Below, piece after piece: positions 40,050 through 48,823 of a stretch of 64,000 bases of DNA. The DNA is taken from positions 36,828-100,827 of IMG/VR virus record IMGVR_UViG_3300025401_000016; one strand, given 5' to 3'. The DNA comes from a virus. Numbering within the stretch: position 1 is the first letter of the stretch; each line of letters starts with the position of its first letter. The notes beneath the pieces were generated by a model, which was not told the DNA's origin, ran no database searches, and saw only the letters and a list, made by a program, of their open reading frames with translations. Made by a program: the position numbers and the translations under genes.

Positions 40050-40934
40050 GTGGATCCGTTAACCCTCTTTGCCCTTGCCAACGGGGCAGTTCAGGCAGTC
40101 AAAAAAGGCTGCCAGCTTTATAAAGATATCAAGAGTGCCAGTGGGGACATCAAAGGTGTCCTCAAAGACCTTGATGAGCAGTTCCACAACAACCACCCAC
40201 CCGATAAACCCGCTACAGTTACACAACGTAACGCTTATGTAGAAGAAAAAAATCGTGTAATTGAATTAAACAAAAAACAGGGTGAAACTACAGGTATATA
40301 TCAAGAATTAACTACATATCTTGGTGATTATTTTGATAACATGTATAAGTGTATTGCAGTTCTTGAAGAAGAAGAACGCAAGGATCGTGAAGAAATATAT
40401 GAAGGTGACGCTAGTTTAGGTAAACGTGCATTACAACGTGTGGTTATGAAAAAGCAACTTGAACAAATGACAGTAGAGTTGCGTGAAATGATGATTTATC
40501 AAAGTCCACCCGAATTAGGTGCTCTTTGGACTGATGTCAGTGAAATGATGAAAGTCATGGGAGATCAGCAAAAAGTACTTATTGCTAGGCAAATGCAAAA
40601 AGAAGCAAGAATTGCAGCCAGAAGAAGAGCTAAAATGAAAATGTACATGGCAGATTTAAGTTATGGATTATTTGCTTTTGCAATAGTCATTGCAATGGTA
40701 TTATTAATGGCTTGGGTAACACATGATAGAAAACAAAGATGGCCTGAACTAGAACCTGCTGCAGTGGCTGCAAGAAATGAAGAACGTAAGAAACTTAGAT
40801 TATTAGAACTACAAGATTTTGTTGAAAAACAAAGAATAGAAGATGAGTATTTCAATAAACATCAAAAAGAGTTAACAGATAATGCACGTAACATTAGTGC
40901 GAAAAGTGTAGATAAAGAAGAATCACAACCATAG
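40050..40934 (+). CDS. Hypothetical coiled-coil membrane-anchored protein
   Basis: AGGAG SD, GTG start, MDPLTL N-terminus, one TM near C-terminus. Confidence 0.7.
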   Translation: MDPLTLFALANGAVQAVKKGCQLYKDIKSASGDIKGVLKDLDEQFHNNHPPDKPATVTQRNAYVEEKNRVIELNKKQGETTGIYQELTTYLGDYFDNMYKCIAVLEEEERKDREEIYEGDASLGKRALQRVVMKKQLEQMTVELREMMIYQSPPELGALWTDVSEMMKVMGDQQKVLIARQMQKEARIAARRRAKMKMYMADLSYGLFAFAIVIAMVLLMAWVTHDRKQRWPELEPAAVAARNEERKKLRLLELQDFVEKQRIEDEYFNKHQKELTDNARNISAKSVDKEESQP

Positions 40935-41034
40935 CAACTAACCAAAGACTAAAGCAAATAGCGACCAAACCCCCAAAAAATACTTTAGGAGGTAGGTCGC
41001 ATAACCAATCTAAAAATGTATATTCGCTGCTCAT
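40894..41034 (-). CDS. 46-aa membrane peptide (not in ORF track)
   Basis: MSSEYTFLDWLCDLPPKVFFGGLVAICFSLWLVAMVVILLYLHFSH*; CTAAATA box 5 nt upstream on the minus strand. Confidence 0.55.
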   Translation of the reverse strand: MSSEYTFLDWLCDLPPKVFFGGLVAICFSLWLVAMVVILLYLHFSH

Positions 41035-41099
41035 CTAAATATTTAGAAGTGAGCAGCTCCTAGTTAAAGTAGAATATATCTACTTAAGTAATACTATAA

Positions 41100-41924
41100 T
41101 TAATCGTCACTTGCATTAGCACCGCATTTAGCACGTTTTGCATTGGTTAATTTACCAAAATCAACAGGCCATTCTTTACCGGGTTGTAATTCAGTTGTAT
41201 TAGCAGGGAAAGCATACTTAACACCGGCTTGTTGTTCAATCTGTGCGATTGGCATACGGAACTTAGTCAAGTCATTACCCAGGTTAGGATAGGGAGCAAC
41301 GTGAGGGAACATCCAACCAGCAGCTTGTCCTGTTTGATTATTGATAACAATCTTGTAGAAAGCATGTGGAACTACAACACCTTTACCAATTGTCTTGTCT
41401 TGTGCATTGTAAACACCACCTGAAACGATCCAGTAACTTTGATTACCTTGAACAACCCAACCACGTACTGAAGTCTCTAATAGTTTCCAGATACCACGAT
41501 TTAGTGAACCTGCTTGTGGACTCATATTGGTCATCAAGAATGATTCATACTCAACTTGCGGATCCCAAGACAAATCACCATCTGGTGCCATATGTCCTTT
41601 GTCGTAACCTGTACCAGCATAGTCAGCTGGAGTAGCACCGTTTTGAACAAATTGATTTGCAGCAAAAGCGTTAGTACGTGCAACACATCCTAATGCATTT
41701 TGTGGTAGTAATTCGTACATAACGAACTCTGGTAGTTTAGCAGCCGCATCATATCCAACTAGATATGCTTGTTGGCATAAAGGTTGAATTGGTTTCTGTG
41801 ACTGCGGGAATCCGTAGGGTGCATGTGCTTTGCACTGGTCTACTGGAAATGGTGCTCGTTGTGTCCAAGCAAAACTGAATGATGCACTCAAAAGTAGCAA
41901 CATTCCTAACATAATTTTACGCAT
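41100..41924 (-). CDS. Secreted DNA/RNA non-specific endonuclease (NucA/EndoG family)
   Basis: Signal peptide; YDKGHMAP active site, TNMSPQ...LNRGIWKLLE, VPHAFYKI; TATAAATA and AGGAG upstream on the minus strand. Confidence 0.92.
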   Translation of the reverse strand: MRKIMLGMLLLLSASFSFAWTQRAPFPVDQCKAHAPYGFPQSQKPIQPLCQQAYLVGYDAAAKLPEFVMYELLPQNALGCVARTNAFAANQFVQNGATPADYAGTGYDKGHMAPDGDLSWDPQVEYESFLMTNMSPQAGSLNRGIWKLLETSVRGWVVQGNQSYWIVSGGVYNAQDKTIGKGVVVPHAFYKIVINNQTGQAAGWMFPHVAPYPNLGNDLTKFRMPIAQIEQQAGVKYAFPANTTELQPGKEWPVDFGKLTNAKRAKCGANASDD

Positions 41925-42015
41925 AATAACTCCTTAAATAGTCATATATTTATAACCAAAATACTGACAGTATAAAAATTGTATTCAGATAAATATATCA
42001 TTAACGGAATAAAAC

Positions 42016-42798
42016 ATGGCTCTAACATTAGAAAATATTAACATTGGTACACTTGCTAATGATGGTACAGGAGACCCACTAAGAGTTGCCTTTACTAAAA
42101 TTAATAATGCATTTGCAATACTCAACCAAGCAGGTTCCGGTGGACCACCCGGTTCATTGCAATATACTAGTGGAAATTTTACAACAGGCTCATCAAGTTT
42201 AGTATTTGATCCAGCTAGTAATCAATTAAATTTAAATGCTAATCTTATACCAATAACTTATGCAGATGTTAATATTGGTAATGCTAATAATACAATCAAC
42301 GGGATGTACCTATCAAGTACAGCATTGCATGTAGGTAATATTCATTTTGTAGAATCTGGAAACACAATTAGTTTTCCAGTAACCGGTAATTCAGTGGCAA
42401 AGGCTAGTTTAGCTGGATTGAATAATATATCATTGTTGAATAACTTGAATGTTGGTAACAGTAGTGCATTATGTGCTACTGCAATAACACTTGATAATTC
42501 AGTAAATCAACTTATATACAGTACTGATCCAACTACATTTACATCAATGACTGCTAAAGTTACATCTACTGATGCTATAACAGGCTATACACAAACAGTT
42601 ACTTTAAGTATTGCTAAAAAACAAGATAATTCACAAGCAGATTTTTCTGCACATAGCACTATCTTTTCCGGTACACCTTTGACTAGATATAATGTTGATA
42701 TTAATAGTAGTACAGGAGCTCCAATATTAAGAATATTAGTAAATCCTATTGTCAATGAAATATTAAATCATATCATTGAAGTGACTACATACAATTAA
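42016..42798 (+). CDS. Virion protein with T4 gp9/gp10-like N-terminus
   Basis: INIGTLANDGTGDPLRVAFTKIN motif. Confidence 0.7.
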   Translation: MALTLENINIGTLANDGTGDPLRVAFTKINNAFAILNQAGSGGPPGSLQYTSGNFTTGSSSLVFDPASNQLNLNANLIPITYADVNIGNANNTINGMYLSSTALHVGNIHFVESGNTISFPVTGNSVAKASLAGLNNISLLNNLNVGNSSALCATAITLDNSVNQLIYSTDPTTFTSMTAKVTSTDAITGYTQTVTLSIAKKQDNSQADFSAHSTIFSGTPLTRYNVDINSSTGAPILRILVNPIVNEILNHIIEVTTYN

Positions 42799-42806
42799 GG
42801 TAACAA

Positions 42807-43211
42807 ATGAGAGCAAGTGAATTTATAACAGAGAATGGACCACCAAGAGGAAAGATACATAAAGACCATGCTAGCGTGGTTCAAGGATCATCCATTGCAC
42901 GTGATGTGGGTGGATATGATCGTGTATATCATATGAATCGTATTTGGATGGCTACTGCTATGGCAGACGGTAAATCAACTAAAAAAGTTGATATGGATCC
43001 TGCATCTTGGTCTGAAAAGTTTAACTCAGCACATCCTTATACCAAAGAAGAACACAATATGCTTCAAGCAGCATATAATACAATACCATCTGAGCATCAT
43101 GAAGTGACACCGTGGAGTAAAAGTGTAGAACCTGATGGTATACATAAAACTAGCCCAATATTAGGTTTTGCTGGTTACGAAAAGAAGTCTAAAAAATCTA
43201 AGAAAAAATAA
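42807..43211 (+). CDS. Putative internal head protein
   Basis: N-terminus MRASEFITE resembles the T4 capsid-targeting sequence; basic tail. Confidence 0.5.
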   Translation: MRASEFITENGPPRGKIHKDHASVVQGSSIARDVGGYDRVYHMNRIWMATAMADGKSTKKVDMDPASWSEKFNSAHPYTKEEHNMLQAAYNTIPSEHHEVTPWSKSVEPDGIHKTSPILGFAGYEKKSKKSKKK

Positions 43212-43259
43212 TCATAGCATATTTCCTGCATAAGTAATAGAAACTTATATAGGAAACAT

Positions 43260-43961
43260 ATGCAAAGCATGATTGATATTAACAAAACTCTGGACTTAAT
43301 TAAACTCAAATTCTACAATGAGTGGTTATATACTGCACATATATACGATGAGGGTGAAAGTCAGTTTCACAAAACAATTACTAGTCAAGTCGTAACACAA
43401 TATATTGATCCACTTAATTTAGCAAAAGATTCACTTATTTTAGATTTAGGATGTGGGCCCGGTTATTTCTTGGATGAAATGAAAGAGCGTGGTTATACAA
43501 ATTTAGTTGGAGTAACATTAAGCCCAGAAGACATTAAATTATGTGAAACTAAGGGACATACAATTAAATCGTATGATATGAGCTTTCTACCACAAAGTGA
43601 AGGTTACTATGATGAAAGTGTTGACTTTTTATTCTTGCGTCATGCATTAGAGCATAGTCCATATCCAATCTTTACGCTAATGGAATATAATCGTGTATTA
43701 AAACAGGGTGGTAAATTATATATTGAAGTTCCTGCCCCAGATTGCGAAAGACAACATGAATTCAATTTGAATCATTATAGTATATTGGGTAGTACTCAAT
43801 TGGCTGCATTATTACAACGTACTGGATTTGATATTGATGCATTTAATACAATTAGTTTTGACTTGACTGTCGGTGAAAATGAAGACGGTACATCAAAAGA
43901 AGTCAAAGAATCATACTATGCTATTTTAGTAACTAAAGCTAGACCCTTAGATATTAAATAA
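43260..43961 (+). CDS. Class I SAM-dependent methyltransferase
   Basis: ILDLGCGPG, RHALEHS, RVLKQGGKLYIEVP. Confidence 0.9.
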   Translation: MQSMIDINKTLDLIKLKFYNEWLYTAHIYDEGESQFHKTITSQVVTQYIDPLNLAKDSLILDLGCGPGYFLDEMKERGYTNLVGVTLSPEDIKLCETKGHTIKSYDMSFLPQSEGYYDESVDFLFLRHALEHSPYPIFTLMEYNRVLKQGGKLYIEVPAPDCERQHEFNLNHYSILGSTQLAALLQRTGFDIDAFNTISFDLTVGENEDGTSKEVKESYYAILVTKARPLDIK

Positions 43962-43986
43962 TTGGTAAATTTCAGCTAAATACATC

Positions 43987-44268
43987 ATGTCCTTTGATGT
44001 ATGGAAACAAAGTAAAATACAGAACGGATTTGAGAAACTCAAGTCCGTTCCTGCACAGGCACAAAATATAGACACAACACTTGATGATTTAAGAAAATTA
44101 AGTGGTATAACTCAACAGGTTATAGGTGAAGAAAGTAATATTAGTATCACTGGTAATGAAAAAGGTGAATTAATGAAAAAGAATAATATCAGACCAGGGA
44201 CCCCTGAGTGGTTCAAACTTTGGTTTAGCAGATCTTATCTAACAGGCGAAAAGCCAATAGGAAAATAA
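43987..44268 (+). CDS. Hypothetical late protein
   Basis: LDDLRKLSGI and IRPGTPEWFKLWF motifs; CTAAATA upstream. Confidence 0.65.
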   Translation: MSFDVWKQSKIQNGFEKLKSVPAQAQNIDTTLDDLRKLSGITQQVIGEESNISITGNEKGELMKKNNIRPGTPEWFKLWFSRSYLTGEKPIGK

Positions 44269-44424
44269 ATGTCAGGTGGTGCAGTAATAACAGGTGGTGT
44301 ATTAATTTCAGGCGGTGCGATTATATCTGACCACATACCGCAAACATATTACATTATTACAGACGATGGATATTTCATTGTAACTGATAGTAATGATAAT
44401 ATTGTAACAGAATTAGAGGAATAA
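44269..44424 (+). CDS. 51-aa small virion-type protein (not in ORF track)
   Basis: MSGGAVITGGVLISGGAII...IITDDGYFIVTDSNDNIVTELEE*. Confidence 0.55.
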   Translation: MSGGAVITGGVLISGGAIISDHIPQTYYIITDDGYFIVTDSNDNIVTELEE

Positions 44425-44425
44425 T

Positions 44426-45268
44426 ATGGCAAATAAGAAATTAACAGACATATCAGCATTATCACCGATGACCAGTGGTACTGTGTTTTTAGTAGATGAT
44501 AGTGGTACAACACAGACAGTAACTGGTAGTGTTATCAAAAGCTACATTACTAGTAGTGATATGGTAGTAAGTGGTAATATAACATCTGCTGGTAGTTTAA
44601 TTCCAGCAACAAGTAATACATATACATTAGGCACACCAACATTTAAATGGGCTGACATGTATATTGGTCCCAATTCAATACACATACAAGATACTGCTAA
44701 TAGTGCTAATACAGGTATTTTAACTGTAACGAACGGGATACTTCAAATTAATGGAGTAGCAGGATTACAAGCAAACTTAATATCAGGTAACACATCATTA
44801 ACATTAGACAGTAATGCTAATGTTACTATAACTGTAGCTGGCTCAGACAATAGTTGGACATTTGATGACACGAATAAATTAACTACGCCCGGAAATGTAT
44901 TAGTACAGGACAGCAATCAGAATGATATCATTGAATTAAGAACTGATGGCAATATCGCATTTAATGGTAGTTCTACACTATCGGTAAATGGCGGATTCTT
45001 TGTGAGTTCAGTTGGGTCAACTGACGGCCAAGGCAATATAGTAACTTACGACAGCGGTGAGTTTAAGTACGGACCTCAACTAAAAGATTATGCAGGTAAC
45101 ATTGGTGCTAACAACATAACTATCACTGGCTTATTGAAAGCACCGCAAACAACCAAAGCATCTAACGCTACAGGCACACCTGGTCAAATCTGTTGGGATT
45201 CAAATTACATCTATGTATGTACTGCTACAAATACCTGGAAGCGTAGTCCATTAACAGGTGGATATTAA
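44426..45268 (+). CDS. Fibre-like virion protein
   Basis: KKLTDISAL N-terminus; TYTLGTPTFKWADMYIG; GTPGQICWDSNYIYVCTATNTWKR C-terminus. Confidence 0.65.
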   Translation: MANKKLTDISALSPMTSGTVFLVDDSGTTQTVTGSVIKSYITSSDMVVSGNITSAGSLIPATSNTYTLGTPTFKWADMYIGPNSIHIQDTANSANTGILTVTNGILQINGVAGLQANLISGNTSLTLDSNANVTITVAGSDNSWTFDDTNKLTTPGNVLVQDSNQNDIIELRTDGNIAFNGSSTLSVNGGFFVSSVGSTDGQGNIVTYDSGEFKYGPQLKDYAGNIGANNITITGLLKAPQTTKASNATGTPGQICWDSNYIYVCTATNTWKRSPLTGGY

Positions 45269-45305
45269 ATAACTTTTTGGTGCATTGCCCATATAAATAC
45301 TAACT

Positions 45306-45368
45306 ATGAATAAGCCAGTAAGTAACGCACCATCGTTAGTAAAGAATCCGTATACAAAAACAAACTAA
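45306..45368 (+). pseudogene. Relic 5' end of terminase large subunit
   Basis: MNKPVSNAPSLVKNPYTKTN* matches TerL start MNDTSTLVKSPYKKTKF; has its own TATAAATA at 45292. Confidence 0.6.
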
Positions 45369-45375
45369 ATACATT

Positions 45376-46041
45376 ATGGCATCAAACGGAATATCAACAC
45401 TATCAACAAAGCAATTGAAACAAGTTGCTAAACTAAACTTGGCTATGCAAGATAGACAAAGAGTAGGGAACATACGCAGTGCATACGATATCACAGAATT
45501 GCCAACACAATATAATAACAACGGTATAACTGACAATCCTAATTCAAGTGGTTTGGTACAGGGTCGTCCATGGTTACCTTTACAATCAGGAATTTATCAA
45601 TATCACTATAACGGTTATTGGAATAATACTATTAGTTTTTTCACAGGAAATAGTCCCTCAGGACATCAAATTGCAACTAACTTTGAGATAGGAAGTGAAT
45701 CAACAAATCATAGTGAATTGTTTGCTGGATATTTTTTATCTGACTATACCGGTGTTTGGACATTTAGTATGACAAGTGATGATGCTAGCAACTTTTGGAT
45801 TGGTACAAATGCACGATCAGGATATACTATACCTAACGCATTAATATCTAGTACTTATAACACAGGGGCAGTAACAGGCACCGTTAATTTAGTAGCAGGT
45901 TCATATTATCCTATACTAGTTCTGTATGGAAATGGTGCGGCAGGCGGTTCATTATCATTAAGTTATAGTCATACTGGTGTATCTAACACCACTGATTACA
46001 CAGGTAAATTATTTTATAATCCAGTAACTAATGGTATTTAA
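45376..46041 (+). CDS. PA14/GLEYA-like carbohydrate-binding domain protein
   Basis: GYFLSDYTGVWTFSMTSDDASNFWIG...LVAGSYYPILVLYGN. Confidence 0.75.
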   Translation: MASNGISTLSTKQLKQVAKLNLAMQDRQRVGNIRSAYDITELPTQYNNNGITDNPNSSGLVQGRPWLPLQSGIYQYHYNGYWNNTISFFTGNSPSGHQIATNFEIGSESTNHSELFAGYFLSDYTGVWTFSMTSDDASNFWIGTNARSGYTIPNALISSTYNTGAVTGTVNLVAGSYYPILVLYGNGAAGGSLSLSYSHTGVSNTTDYTGKLFYNPVTNGI

Positions 46042-46067
46042 TCTTTAGCATAGTTATAAATAATGCT

Positions 46068-46985
46068 ATGAATGATACATCTACTTTAGTCAAATCACCC
46101 TACAAGAAAACAAAGTTCAAAGATTCAAAACAATTAGACGACTTTGTTAAATGTTGTGATCCGGATACAGGTTATCTATATTTCATGGATAACTTCTTTT
46201 ATATCCAACATCCAACAAGGGGTGCTATTCAGTACCATCCATGGGACTTTCAACAAAAACTAATTGATACATATCACAATTATAGATTTAGTATTAACTT
46301 GATGGCTCGACAAACTGGTAAGTCAACTTCAGCAGCAGGTTACTTACTTTGGTATGCTATGTTCATACCAGATGCAACAATTCTTATCGCTGCACACAAA
46401 TATGACGGTGCACAAGAGATTATGCAACGTATTCGTTATGCATATGAGAATTGTCCTGATCACATTAAAGCAGGAGCAACTGACTATAATAAAGGTAATT
46501 TAGGTTTTGACAATGGTAGTCGTATTATATCAGCGACTACAACTGAAAATACAGGTCGTGGTCTATCTATATCATTACTATATTTGGATGAGTTTGCATT
46601 CGTAAGACCTACTATAGCAAAAGAGTTTTGGACATCAATTACACCCACACTATCAACTGGTGGTAAAGCAATTATTACAAGCACTCCCAACTCTGATGAA
46701 GATCAATTTGCTTTCTTATGGAAACAAGCAAACAAGTGTGAAGATGAATTTGGTAACACAACAGATTTAGGTGTAAACGGGTTCAAAGCATATAAAGCAA
46801 CTTGGGAAGCACACCCTGAAAGAGATCAAAAGTGGGCTGATGAAATGATAGCACAACTCGGGGAAGATAGATTCCGCCGAGAAATGAATTGCATAACAGG
46901 TGATTCTAATGTCACTATAAAATTACCCAATGGAAAAATTAAAAAAATATCAATAGATGAACTTTCTAAGTTACTAAGTTCATAA
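46068..46985 (+). CDS. terL: Terminase large subunit N-terminal (ATPase) half fused to split-intein N fragment
   Basis: ARQTGKST Walker A, LLYLDEFAF Walker B, ITSTPN; ends FRREMN|CITGDSNV...LLSS*. Confidence 0.93.
   Translation: MNDTSTLVKSPYKKTKFKDSKQLDDFVKCCDPDTGYLYFMDNFFYIQHPTRGAIQYHPWDFQQKLIDTYHNYRFSINLMARQTGKSTSAAGYLLWYAMFIPDATILIAAHKYDGAQEIMQRIRYAYENCPDHIKAGATDYNKGNLGFDNGSRIISATTTENTGRGLSISLLYLDEFAFVRPTIAKEFWTSITPTLSTGGKAIITSTPNSDEDQFAFLWKQANKCEDEFGNTTDLGVNGFKAYKATWEAHPERDQKWADEMIAQLGEDRFRREMNCITGDSNVTIKLPNGKIKKISIDELSKLLSS
46890..46982 (+). mobile_element. Split intein N fragment (31 aa)
   Basis: Block A CITGDSNVTI followed by a stop after 31 residues. Confidence 0.88.
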
Positions 46986-47012
46986 TTTATGACGAAACGG
47001 TATAAATACACT

Positions 47013-47777
47013 ATGATAAAAAATAAATATTACCACTGGTATCATTCTATTATTGATAGTGCTAAAACATCAAATAGAGTAAAAAATAACCAAACTTATT
47101 TTGAGTATCATCATGTAATTCCTAAATCTTTAGGCGGAGATGACTCACCGTCTAATTTGGTTTTGCTTACATGCAAAGAACATTATACATGTCACCATTT
47201 ATTAACAAGATTTACAGTTAGCGGAGATAAAGCAAAAATGATATATGCTTTTTGGGGTCTCGCTAATCAATGGAGCAAATATAGGGATAACGTTAGGATA
47301 ACGAATCGTACATACTCTTTACTAAAAGAAAATATTAGTAAACAACTTTCAATAGATAGACTAGGAAGTAGTAATCCTATGTATGGTAAAGATGCACCCA
47401 ATAAAGGTATAAAGCGTCCCGGAGTGGGTGGAAGAAAACCGGGATTTGTTTGGTCAGATGAAGAAAGAGAAAAACATTTAAAAGCAAGATCCTCTGAGGG
47501 ATATTACGATTATCTCAGAGATCCTGAAAGATGTAGGAAAATTAGTAATTCTCAAAAAGGAAAAATAGGCAATGCTACTGGAAAAATCTGGTTTAACAAT
47601 GGCATTAAAGAACTCTATTCTAATGAATGCCCTGAAGGATTTATTCAGGGCAGGTTACCTAAAGATCAGATATCAAAACGAGGAATGAAATGGTACAATA
47701 ACGGTACCATTAATAAACAGTTCAAAGATGATAATATTTTAGAAGGATTTGTAAGTGGAAGACTTAGTAAAAAATAA
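47013..47777 (+). mobile_element. Free-standing HNH homing endonuclease with NUMOD-like repeats
   Basis: EYHHVIPKSLGG...NLVLLTCKEHYTCHHLL; NPMYGK, KISNSQKGK, two W(F/Y)NNG repeats; TATAAATA at 47001 favours the ATG at 47013. Confidence 0.9.
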
Positions 47778-48087
47778 TAAAGGTATACAAATCTTAACTG
47801 ATTCGGGTTGGAGTGATTTTGCCGGCGTGCTTGCCAAGGGTAAAAAAGAAACGGTATTGATACAAACAACCACTAAAAAAATTACATGCACATTAGATCA
47901 TGATTTTTTTAATGTAAATTTAAAAAAGATTCCTGCAAAGAAATTAAAACCGGGAATTAAAATTAAAGATAATACAGGTGTAGATACAGTAGTAAGCATA
48001 TCACTAAAAAAAGTTGAACAAGTGTATGATTTATTAAATGTTGAAAAAAATCATAGATTTTATGCGAATGACTTACTGATATCCAAC
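47755..48087 (+). mobile_element. Split intein C fragment (111 aa)
   Basis: Ends HRFYANDLLISN before +1 Cys (CEFII). Confidence 0.88.
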
Positions 48088-48813
48088 TGTGAATTTATTA
48101 TTGCTGATGAGACTCTTATTAATCCAAATACATTGATTGCATTAGAAGGTATTGAACCCACACTACGTCAAGGGCAAATACGTTGGTATAAAACACCAAC
48201 TAAAGGTAATATATATGCTGTTGGTTTAGATCCTAGTCTTGGTACAGGTGGTGATCCAGCTGGCATACAAATTTTTGAAGCAAATACAACTACACAAATT
48301 GGTGAATGGAAACACAATAAAACTGATATACCAAATCAGATTAAATTATTAGCACAAATTAACAAGTATATTGTTGAATGTACAAATGAACCAAATAGTT
48401 TATACTATAGCATAGAAAATAATAGTATAGGTGAAGCTGCACTAGTATCATTAAATGAATACGGGGAATCAAATATCCCTGGCATTTTCATCAGCGAATC
48501 TGGTAAAAAACGTAAAGGTTTCAATACTACACAAAAATCTAAATTGGCTGCTTGTGCTAAATTCAAATCACTATTAGAAAGTAAAAAATTAACTGTGCAT
48601 AGTCGCAGTTTAATCAGTGAATTAAAGACATTTGTTGCACATGGTGGTAGTTATGCCGCTAAAACGGGTGAAACAGATGATTTGGTCATGTCTTCATTAC
48701 TAATTGTAAGAATGATTCAACAAATAGGGGAATACAATAGTGATTTAGATAGTCATATGAGGGATCATAGTGAGATAATTGCTCCCCTGCCCTTCTTTGC
48801 AGTTTTTGCATAA
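47755..48813 (+). CDS. terL: Split-intein C fragment fused to terminase large subunit C-terminal (nuclease) half
   Basis: AAGGA SD + GTG; intein blocks B (TCTLDH), F (VYDLLNV), G (ISN|C); extein has VGLDPSLG, IENN, TDDLVMS nuclease motifs. Confidence 0.93.
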   Translation: MEDLVKNNKGIQILTDSGWSDFAGVLAKGKKETVLIQTTTKKITCTLDHDFFNVNLKKIPAKKLKPGIKIKDNTGVDTVVSISLKKVEQVYDLLNVEKNHRFYANDLLISNCEFIIADETLINPNTLIALEGIEPTLRQGQIRWYKTPTKGNIYAVGLDPSLGTGGDPAGIQIFEANTTTQIGEWKHNKTDIPNQIKLLAQINKYIVECTNEPNSLYYSIENNSIGEAALVSLNEYGESNIPGIFISESGKKRKGFNTTQKSKLAACAKFKSLLESKKLTVHSRSLISELKTFVAHGGSYAAKTGETDDLVMSSLLIVRMIQQIGEYNSDLDSHMRDHSEIIAPLPFFAVFA

Positions 48814-48823
48814 ATATATTACT

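Noticed and set aside
46986-47760. Group I intron carrying the HNH gene
   Set aside because: No non-coding room for a ribozyme core; both TerL halves have intein blocks and the second has its own SD and start codon.
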